64,000 bases of DNA from Anthoceros angustus (lineage: Eukaryota; Plantae; Anthocerotophyta). The notes under the pieces were generated by a model. It worked only from the letters and a program-made list of their open reading frames with translations. It was not told the origin of the DNA and did not search any database. The DNA lies in contig MU008186.1 of the NCBI GenBank assembly GCA_010909165.1, positions 682,001 through 746,000 on the forward strand, in the 5' to 3' direction. Positions 45,709-54,514 of the stretch are shown in pieces (within the stretch, counting starts at the first letter, position 1; every line of letters starts with the position of its first letter). The position numbers were made by a program, and so were the translations under genes.

Positions 45709-47667
45709 TCAGGTATAATCTTCCGTCTGATTTAAGCGGTCATCTTCGCTCAGCTGCATTTCGATGACTTGGTTAACATGGTTGATGCCCCAGCCTTTGC
45801 CTCCCCAAATCTTGGCAACGTTGATGATGTTGCGAATCTCCCGGCCGTGGAACGGATGGCTTGTAAGCTTCAAGAAGTCGATGTTGCCGTCCTGCAACCC
45901 TACCTTGTTCAACATTTGCCTCCAGATCTCAGCACGCTGTTGTTGATCTAGGGGAGGGTAGTATATGGACAGGGAGATGCGGGAGCGGAAGGCAGCGTCG
46001 AAGCACTTGGCTCTGTTGGTGGTGAGGAACATGATGCCTGAGTAGTACTCGAGCTGGCGGAGGAAGATGCCGGTGGAAGCATTTGTGTGCGGAGAAGAGG
46101 CGGACGATCTCTTTTCCATGTAGACATCGGCTTCGTCCAAGAGGAGGATTGCTTGCCAGGTGTAGGACAACTCAAAGATTGTGAGAAGTCGTGCCTCCAT
46201 GGCGCTCGAGTCTGTGCTCGGCAGCTCGAAGGCGTTCACGGAGTAGAGCGGCCTTTGCAATCTCTCCGCAAGCGACTCTGCTGTTAGGGTTTTGCCTCCC
46301 CCTGGAGGGCCATAGCACAAGATGATGCAACCGCTGCCCTTGTTGGCGATGTTGTCCACCTGCTGTACGCTCTGGTTGCTCGTGCAATTGGTGGCCATCT
46401 TGAGGAGCATGTCCTTCTTCCGTTGCTCCATCACCAGGTCGTTGAAGGGCTTGTGGGAGAAGACGATGTCGGAGAATCCGCACACATCAAAGCATCCCCA
46501 CAGCTTGCGGGAGAGGGAGAACCCGTAGACGAAGGCTGGGGACTTCTTGAGGTCCTCACTGTGGGGCCTTGGAACCTTGGGACATGTGGCGGCTCCTCGT
46601 AGCAGATCGCAGGGAGGCTCCGCGTTGCCCATGGGGTATCCAGGATTCATCCTGGCGAAGCTCTTGAGATCAACCATCACCCGGCCATCTCCCGGGTGTT
46701 TTTGTATCATCCAGCAGCTTCCTTTCCTCCTCGCGGTGGCTACTGAGCCCTTGTATTCCATGTAAGCTGGCTGGCCTGCTTCTTCCAACATAAGCTTGTA
46801 GAACATCAGTCCTTGGCTCAGAAATCTGTCTTCCCTCTGCTTCCTGTCGGTGTCGTGGAGATACTTCAAAGGAACAACTTCCAATGATGAGAACGGCTGC
46901 TTGTCGGTGTACTCCATAATACTGCTGGTCACCGTGCATTCCTTGTAGCTTTGCAGGTCGAAGTCCCTGACACCAATAGTGATCCGCCAGAACTTGGGGC
47001 TTTGGCCCCCGCCCTTCTGCTTCACCTTCAAGATGGTACCGGAAACAAGCTGAGTTGTTAGCTGGCACTTGTAAGATACCACCTCACCGGGCACAAGTAC
47101 AGTCCACAGGATGTCCCAGTCAATGCTCTTCTGCTCCAGTGCCTGCTGCTGTTTAAACAGAGTGTTCTTATACTCCTCTTTCACGAACCTAACAAGGTGA
47201 CGGAGATGGAGGTGGCGCTTCCCCGTTGCAGCTCTCAAGGACCGCTCCATTTCATCCCGAGCAAGAAAAAGAGTTCGGCCATTGATCTCCGGCTCGTCAT
47301 CAGTATCTGCTGCAGTGCCTGGAATGAGCGTGTTCACAATCTCGATTAGCCAGGAAGAGTACAGAGTGACACGGACGCGCATATCGCCGTCCCCATGATC
47401 TTCCTGAGTCACAATGAAGGGTGGTGTTCTCCCTGATTTCTCCTTGTGCTCCACAACCCGTTTCCGGACCTTTCTGCCGTTCCGCATCAGTGTCTCGTAG
47501 CGTGGCCATTTCCAGTCCGGCGCTTCCAGCTCCGACTCCTGGTCCGGATGCTCAGCGTCATTGGCACCCGCGTTCAGCTTCTCTAGGTCATCTGCGTAGT
47601 CGTCGTCGTCGTCGTCGTCGTGCATTCGCTGCACCATCTTGCTTACTTCGCGGACACATTGCGACAT
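45709..47667 (-). CDS. AAA+ ATPase of the family typical of filamentous fungi (DUF7025-like N-domain + AAA + lid), 652 aa, intronless, intact (AAA-L1)
   Basis: Walker A YGPPGGGKTLTAE, Walker B ILLLDEAD, sensor-1 FLTTNR, Arg finger AFRSRI; family-type motifs HLVRFVKEEY..DWDILWTVLVPG, GRVMVD, GFSL..K.W, KGSGCIIL, FLRQLEYY.GIMFLTTNR. Confidence 0.88.
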   Translation of the reverse strand: MSQCVREVSKMVQRMHDDDDDDDYADDLEKLNAGANDAEHPDQESELEAPDWKWPRYETLMRNGRKVRKRVVEHKEKSGRTPPFIVTQEDHGDGDMRVRVTLYSSWLIEIVNTLIPGTAADTDDEPEINGRTLFLARDEMERSLRAATGKRHLHLRHLVRFVKEEYKNTLFKQQQALEQKSIDWDILWTVLVPGEVVSYKCQLTTQLVSGTILKVKQKGGGQSPKFWRITIGVRDFDLQSYKECTVTSSIMEYTDKQPFSSLEVVPLKYLHDTDRKQREDRFLSQGLMFYKLMLEEAGQPAYMEYKGSVATARRKGSCWMIQKHPGDGRVMVDLKSFARMNPGYPMGNAEPPCDLLRGAATCPKVPRPHSEDLKKSPAFVYGFSLSRKLWGCFDVCGFSDIVFSHKPFNDLVMEQRKKDMLLKMATNCTSNQSVQQVDNIANKGSGCIILCYGPPGGGKTLTAESLAERLQRPLYSVNAFELPSTDSSAMEARLLTIFELSYTWQAILLLDEADVYMEKRSSASSPHTNASTGIFLRQLEYYSGIMFLTTNRAKCFDAAFRSRISLSIYYPPLDQQQRAEIWRQMLNKVGLQDGNIDFLKLTSHPFHGREIRNIINVAKIWGGKGWGINHVNQVIEMQLSEDDRLNQTEDYT

Positions 47668-49192
47668 CGCGTCTGCTGCTTGTGCGAGGGATGCTGCTCA
47701 AGCCACATGTACGACACCACAAGAGACACCTAGGTGAGATTACTTCAATTTGGTCACTACGGTTGTCACAGCACTCGTAGAAGACGTGGTGCAGTGCCCT
47801 GGATGTCAAGCAATACTAGTTGTCATCATCGGAACGTGTGAAATGTGCACCTTGAGCTTCGGTTTGTATGATATCTGGTGTTTCGGAGTTGATCCTTCTG
47901 TCCCTCTGAAATAAAGCAAACGCTTGCTCAAAAAACCATCTAGGTCGTAGCCAGCAGGGCACCAAAACCAGATACAAGAATGTTACCACCAACCTGGCTT
48001 CTTGAGCTACTTTCTCGGCCCCAAGAGATGTTCTTCAGTAGCTCAAAGGGGAGAAGGCCAAACTTGCGTATCGTGCCTGCAACCCGTATCAGTACTTGGC
48101 ACTGAATTTGTACTTTGAGACCTCCTTCTGTCACACATGAATTGTTTTTGACGAATCAATTGCAAGGTGAAAGCTGGAGATGGAGACATCTGTATTCATC
48201 ACCTGATTTAACCAACCTTGTGAGATGGCGTTGTCCAAGTTGAAAGAGCCCCCATGTTGTGAGCCACACGCTTGCCACCACCAGTGCTTGGAGAAGTCCC
48301 TTGAAAAACGTAAGCTGATACAGCAGGAGCACAATGGATCCAATAACAGCATCCGACAGTGATGGCCAGTCCAGAGGTGTAACGTTTTCTGTCACAATGT
48401 AGTAGACTTGTAAGCAAGTTTGAATTCCAAATTGTCACGCAACTAGTTGCAACTAAACCCTAAAGCCGCAAACCTACTTTGCTTCCATTTCAGAAGCATG
48501 GTCCTAGAAGTTGGCAAAACATTTTACCGATGTTCCTCAAAAGGATTGCTCGAGTCCGGAAAATTGTTGGTTCCTTCACTTCGCCAATAGGCACGGTTTT
48601 CGTAGCGTATATCCATATGTCGACTGCTGTATCCGCGAGGTCAGAGGGTAGCCTTGCCACTCCCCGCTCCACGCCTGGCACAATCTATAAATGCAGCCCA
48701 AACGCATGCTCATGATCTGGAAAGAGACTCTGTGGGCTTACAAAATACACAGTGGTCAACATTATTATGAATAATAACAGTAAAGGCACCTCATCCTCGT
48801 CCCATGTCACATCTAACGCATGCTTTCGTTCAGCTGTTGCCGCATATACACAGACTGGCCCCTCACCTTTGAGATGCAATCCATAAACACTTATCTTGTC
48901 TACAAGTGAAATGCAAACACGAGTTCGTTTACAGGGAAAAAGTTTCACATTCGGCCGCAAGTAAAAGCAATAAACACAGAAACAAGCGAAAACAGTTTTC
49001 AACGCTACGGCTTAACGAATATTACCAGAGGTAATACGAGTGCACATCACAAGAGTGGGAAGATCCTCCTCCATGAAACGCTCTAGTCGATTTGTACCTG
49101 GAAACTCATCATATTAGTTGAGCTCGCATTGCGGCATCTGTGATACGACCTACACGATAAACAATCTCGCCTTCTCTCTCCCATCCCATATA

Positions 49193-50113
49193 CTAAACGA
49201 AATTGAAGGTGTACGACGATTTCATACCTTGGTCCCAAACCCCCCAGTGCCCTAGCTGAATTGTGCAACTCTCAGACAAGTTGAAGGCAGCCAGCTTTTG
49301 AAGCAACCCGCGGAGTCCGTCAACCAATTGCCCTTCTTCAAACGAAATGCTGGTTTGGAAAATGTGGGATCCCGAAATTTCAATTGCCTGCTCGTTAGGC
49401 ATGGCGCTCCTCACACGTTGCAGCTCAGGTGTCGAGAGATCTTTATCAATTACCACAAGAATTTCGATGTCCGTGGTGCTCTTCTTTGACACACCATTTT
49501 CGGCCGCCCCCACTTCCGTACTCTCGCTATCGCAATCGAAAGGGAGATCGGCAGGAGTACGCTTCCCGATCCGACACTCATCCTCCAACTCCTCAGGCTT
49601 TGGACATGTTCGCTTTCGAAATCCATTCCCAACAGATCCACAGTGAAGAGCAGCTCCACTATCGGCCTCCGCCTTTGACTTCTTCACCTCCTCGTTGATC
49701 ACGTGCCGTTGAGGAAAACGATGGGCAACATCCCGTAGAAGTTCCCTATTGAGTTCCCCCTTCGCCCCTTTCGTTTCACCAAAAAGACGGACAATCTCCC
49801 GTAGAAGTTCCCTATTGAGTTCCCCCTCCGCCCCTTTCGTTTCACCAAAAAGACGGACAATCTCCCGTACAAGTTCCCTATTGAGTTCCCGTTCCTCCGC
49901 CCGTTTCGAGCAGCGGCGCCACGACCAAACAACCAGTGCTACCAAAGAAGACGATGCGAGGTTCAAAAGGATCTGGCCAATCCAATGGGCCGTTAAGAAG
50001 TTGTTCACCGCCTCATACAGTGGTTTCTTGTTCACTGCTGTCTCGGTCTCCATCGATGGACTCTCCTCGAGTACCCGTGACGTCTTTCCCATCGCCACAC
50101 CCACAGCTGCCAT
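49193..50113 (-). CDS. Orphan ORF, 306 aa, with one predicted TM segment and a 22-aa tandem repeat
   Basis: ATG start, uninterrupted. Hydrophobic ILLNLASSSLVALVVWSW followed by basic RR; the in-frame 66-bp repeat ELNRELxREIVRLFGETKGAxG occurs 2.4 times. Confidence 0.5.
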   Translation of the reverse strand: MAAVGVAMGKTSRVLEESPSMETETAVNKKPLYEAVNNFLTAHWIGQILLNLASSSLVALVVWSWRRCSKRAEERELNRELVREIVRLFGETKGAEGELNRELLREIVRLFGETKGAKGELNRELLRDVAHRFPQRHVINEEVKKSKAEADSGAALHCGSVGNGFRKRTCPKPEELEDECRIGKRTPADLPFDCDSESTEVGAAENGVSKKSTTDIEILVVIDKDLSTPELQRVRSAMPNEQAIEISGSHIFQTSISFEEGQLVDGLRGLLQKLAAFNLSESCTIQLGHWGVWDQGMKSSYTFNFV

Positions 50114-50361
50114 CTATCCAGGGTGCCTGCACCCTCTCCTGTTGCAATGTCTTGGGCCCTCGCAGGTTTCAACTTCAGCCGATTCAAGATGGCACGTGTT
50201 GTCAACCAGAAGTGCGCACACAGGCTGGAGTGTAACACCCTTCTTGACGGTGAAGCTACGCTATGGGGCATTTTCCTCGACTTTTCTTCTTCATTGACGC
50301 CGCCCACATTGCGAAAAACTAATTCAATAATCGGTTGTGTCAGAGACTTCTACCTTGAATG

Positions 50362-50956
50362 GGCTAGGCCTAAATATCGGTTCGCCAGGGTACGGCCTGG
50401 CGAACCGACATGCCATGCCATGAGCATGGCCTTCCTCTCCCCTGCCCCTCTCTCTCGTATCCGTGCCAACCCGCGACCGGGCCACCGGGGGCGAGGGGAA
50501 CTAATTCAAGTTCCCGTCGTCCTGAATACCGCGGCGATATTCTGGCACGATACAAAGTCGAACTCATTGGCACGCACAGTCATTGAAAGAAAATTTCCCT
50601 CCACCAGGACTCTGAACTGCAAAAGGACAATGCGCTGCAACATCATCTATCCGCTCCCTCACTGGAGCACGTGAATCCTCCTCAGCCTTCGGTCTTTTGA
50701 CTCTTACCGCGTGCCCTGCTTTGAGCAGAGCGCTCCCCGCTCTCGTTCTCAACTGAAACGAACGAAGGGCGAGCAGTATCGCCGCGGGAATTGCCACAAC
50801 AATCAGGGCGACGGGAACTTGAATTAGTTTCCCGTCGCTCCCGGTGGCTCGGTCGCGGGTTGGCACGGATAAGAGAGAGGAGTAGGGAGAGGCCATGCTC
50901 ATGGCATGTCGGTTCGCCAGGCCGTACCCTGGCGAACCGATATTTAAACGTTTCGA
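50362..50956. mobile_element. Non-autonomous TIR DNA transposon (MITE; MULE- or hAT-like), ~165-bp TIRs, 8-bp TSD CTTGAATG
   Basis: TSD at 50354-50361 and 50957-50964; inverted arms ~50370-50530 and ~50795-50946, each with a 13-bp GC-rich hairpin. Confidence 0.7.
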
Positions 50957-52636
50957 CTTGAATGACCCCGCGGATACCCGCGCCGAATCTGACAACGTTG
51001 TCACTAGGCCCACCACTGTAAACTACAACGCGCATCAACGGGCATGGAGATATCTTGTGTAGAAGATACAAGATCTTGTGTACAAGATCTTGCGTAGAAG
51101 ATACAAGATCTTGTACACAAGATTGTTTATCGTGTAGGTCGTATCACAGATGCCGCAATGCGAGCTCAACTAATATGATGAGTTTCCAGGTACAAATCGA
51201 CTAGAGCGTTTCATGGAGGAGGATCTTCCCACTCTTGTGATGTGCACTCGTATTACCTCTGGTAATATTCGTTAAGCCGTAGCGTTGAAAACTGTTTTCG
51301 CTTGTTTCTGTGTTTATTGCTTTTACTTGCGGCCGAATGTGAAACTTTTTCCCTGTAAACGAACTCGTGTTTGCATTTCACTTGTAGACAAGATAAGTGT
51401 TTATGGATTGCATCTCAAAGTTGAGGGGCCAGTCCGTATATATGCGGCAACAGCTGAACGAAAGCATGCGTTAGATGTGACATGGGACGAGGATGAGGTG
51501 CCTTTAGTGTTATTATTCATAATAATGTTGACCACTGTGTATTTTGTAAGCCCACAGAGTCTCTTTCCAGATCATGAGCATGCGTTTGGGCTGCATTTAT
51601 AGATTGTGCCAGGCGTGGAGCGGGAGTGGCAAGGCTACCCTCTGACCTCGCGGATACAGCAGTCGACATATGGATATACGCTACGAAAACCGTGCCTATT
51701 GGCGAAGTGAGGGAACCAACAATTTTCCGGACTCCGGCAATCCTTTTGAGGAACATCGGTAAAATGTTTTGCCAACTTCTAGGACCATGCTTCTGAAATG
51801 GAAGCAAAGTAGGTTTGCGGCTTTAGGGTTTAGTTGCAACTAGTTGCGTGACAATTTGGAGTACTTGATCCCTCGGATGAAATTCAAACTTGCTTACAAG
51901 TCTACTACATTGTGACAGAAAACGTTACACCTCTGGACTGGCCATCACTGTCGGATGCTGTTATTGGATCCATTGTGCTCCTGCTGTATCAGCTTACGTT
52001 TTTCAAGGGACTGCTCCAAGCACTGGTGGTGGCAAGCGTGTGGCTCACAACATGGGGGCTCTTTCAACTTGGACAACGCCATCTCACAAGGTTGGTTAAA
52101 TCAGGTGATGAATACAGATGTCTCCATCTCCAGCTTTCACCTTGCAATTGATTCGTCAAAAACAATTCATGTGTGACAGAAGGAGGTCTCAAAGTACAAA
52201 TTCGCCGTGCCAAGTACTGATACGGGTTGCAGGCACGATACGCAAGTTTGGCCTTCTCCTTTGAGCTACTGAAGAACATCTCTTGGGGCCGAGAAAGTAG
52301 CTCAAGAAGCCAGGTTGGTGGTAACATTCTTGTATCTGGTTTTGGTGCCCTGCTGGCTACGATCTAGATGGTTTTTTGAGCAAGCGTTTGCTTTATTTCA
52401 GAGGGACAGAAGGATCAACTCCGAAACATCAGATATCATACAAACCGAAGCTCAAGGTGCACATTTCACACGTTCCGATGATGACAACTAGTATTGCTTG
52501 ACATCCAGGGCACTGCACCACGTCTTCTACGAGTGCTGTGACAACCGTAGTGACCAAATTGAAGTAATCTCACCTAGGTGTCTCTTGTGGTGTCGTACAT
52601 GTGGCGAGCAGCATCCTTGCACAAGCAGCAGACGCG

Positions 52637-54365
52637 ATGTCGCAATGTGTCCGCGAAGTAAGCAAGATGGTGCAGCGAATGCACAACGACGACGACTACG
52701 CAGATGACCAAGAGAAGCTGAACGCGGGTGCCAATGACGCTGAGCAGCCGGACCAGGAGTCGGCGCTGGAAGCGCCGGACTGGAAATGGCCACGCTACGA
52801 GACACTGGTGCGGAACGGCAGAAAGGTCCGGAAACGGGTTGTGGAGCACAAGGAGAAATCAGGGAGAACACCACCCTTCATTGTGACTCAGGAAGATCAT
52901 GGGGACGGCGATATGCGCGTCCTTGTCACTCTGTACTCTTCCTGGCTAATCGAGATTGTGAAGACGCTCATTCCAAGCACTCTTTTTCTTGCTCGGGATG
53001 AAATGGAGCGGTGCTTGAGAGCTGCAACGGGGAAGCGCCACCTCCATCTCCGTCACCTTGTTAGGTGCGTGAAAGAGGAGTATAAGAACACTCTGTTTAA
53101 ACATCAGCAGGCACTGGAGCAGAAGAGCATTGACTGGGACATGCTGTGGACTGTACTTGTGCCCGGTGAGGTGGCATCTTACAAGTGTTACCTAACAACT
53201 CAGCTTGTTTCCGGTACCATCTTGCGGGTGAAGCAGAAGGGCGGGGACCAAGGCTCCAAGCTCTGGAAGATCACTATTGGTGTCAGGGACTATGACCTGC
53301 AAAGCTACAAGGAATGCACGGTGATCAGAAGTATTATGGAGTACACCGACAAGCAGCCGTTCTCATCATTGGAAGTTGTTCCTTTGAAGTACCTCCACGA
53401 CACCGACAGGAAGCAGAGGGAAGACAGATTTCTGAGGCAAGGACAGATGTTCTACAAGCTTATGTTGGAAGAAGCAGGCCAGCCAGTCTACATGGAATAC
53501 AAGGGCTCAGTAGCCACCGCGAGGAGGGAAGGAGACCGCTGGATCATACAAAAACACCTGGGAGATGGCCGGGTGATGGTTGATCTCAAGAGCTTCGCCA
53601 GGATGAATCCTGGATACCCCATGGGCAACGCGGAGCCTCCCAGCGATCTGCTACGAGGAACCGCCACATGTGCCAAGGTTCCAAGGCCCCACAGTGAGCA
53701 CCTCAAGAAGTCCCCAGCCTTCGTCTACGGGTTCTCCCTCTCCCGCAAGCTGTGGGGATGCTTTGATGTGTGCGGATTCTCCGACATCGTCTTCTCCAAC
53801 AAGCCCTTCAACGACCTGGTGATGGAGAAACGGAAGAAGGACATGCTCCACATGATGGCCACTAATTGCACGAGCAACCAGAGAGTACAGCAGGTGGACA
53901 ACATCGCCAACAAGGGCAGCGGTTGCATCATCTTGTGCTATGGCCCTCCAGGGGAGGCAAAACCCTAACAGCAGAGTCGCTTGCGGAGGTATTGCACAGG
54001 CCGCTCTACTCCGTGAACGCCTTCGAGCTGCCGAGCACAGACTCGAGCGCCATGGAGGCACAACTAACTCACAATCTTTGAGTTGTCCTACACCTGGCGA
54101 GCAATCCTCCTCTTGGACGAAGCCGGTGTCTACATGGAAAAGAGATCGCCCACCTCTTCTCCGCACACAAATGCTTCCACCGGCATCTTCCTCCGCCACC
54201 TCGAGTACTACGAAGGCATCATGTTCCTCACCACCAACAGAGCCAAGTGCTTCGACGCTGCCTTCCGCTCCCGCATCTCCCTGTCCATATACTACCCTCC
54301 CTAGATCAACAACAGCGTGCTGAGATCTGGAGGCAAATGTTGAACAAGGTAGGGTTGCAGGACGG
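52637..54365 (+). pseudogene. AAA+ ATPase paralog AAA-R1, 3'-truncated by the tandem junction
   Basis: Same motifs as AAA-L1; a G-run frameshift in Walker A (~53950), a shift at ~54065, a 14-aa in-frame deletion, and loss of the last ~59 codons. Confidence 0.85.
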
Positions 54366-54514
54366 ATCGTCAATTGCAGGAATCAGATCTGGCTAATCTT
54401 CCCTACGTTCAAGCTGCTGTGAAGGAGACGCTGCGACTGCATCCCGTCTCTCTCTTACTTATCCCACATTACTCCATGCAAGACAGCACACTTGGGGCTA
54501 CGATGCCCGCCAAA

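Larger units (their letters stand above)
45887..54365. repeat. Large inverted repeat: left arm 45887-49167, right arm 51120-54365, 1952-bp spacer
   Basis: The arms are near-identical reverse complements, including the AAA ORF and ~1.5 kb of upstream sequence. Confidence 0.95.

Noticed and set aside
27180-48465. AAACCCTAAA words (~27180, 33675, 38066, 43120, 48455) as interstitial telomere
   Set aside because: They are isolated single or double units, common as telo-boxes or by chance, with no array.
48685-49002. 105-aa ORF MKTVFACFC.. repeated in the arms
   Set aside because: It has a TTG start and no motif, and is disrupted in unit 2. Its recurrence is explained by the duplications.
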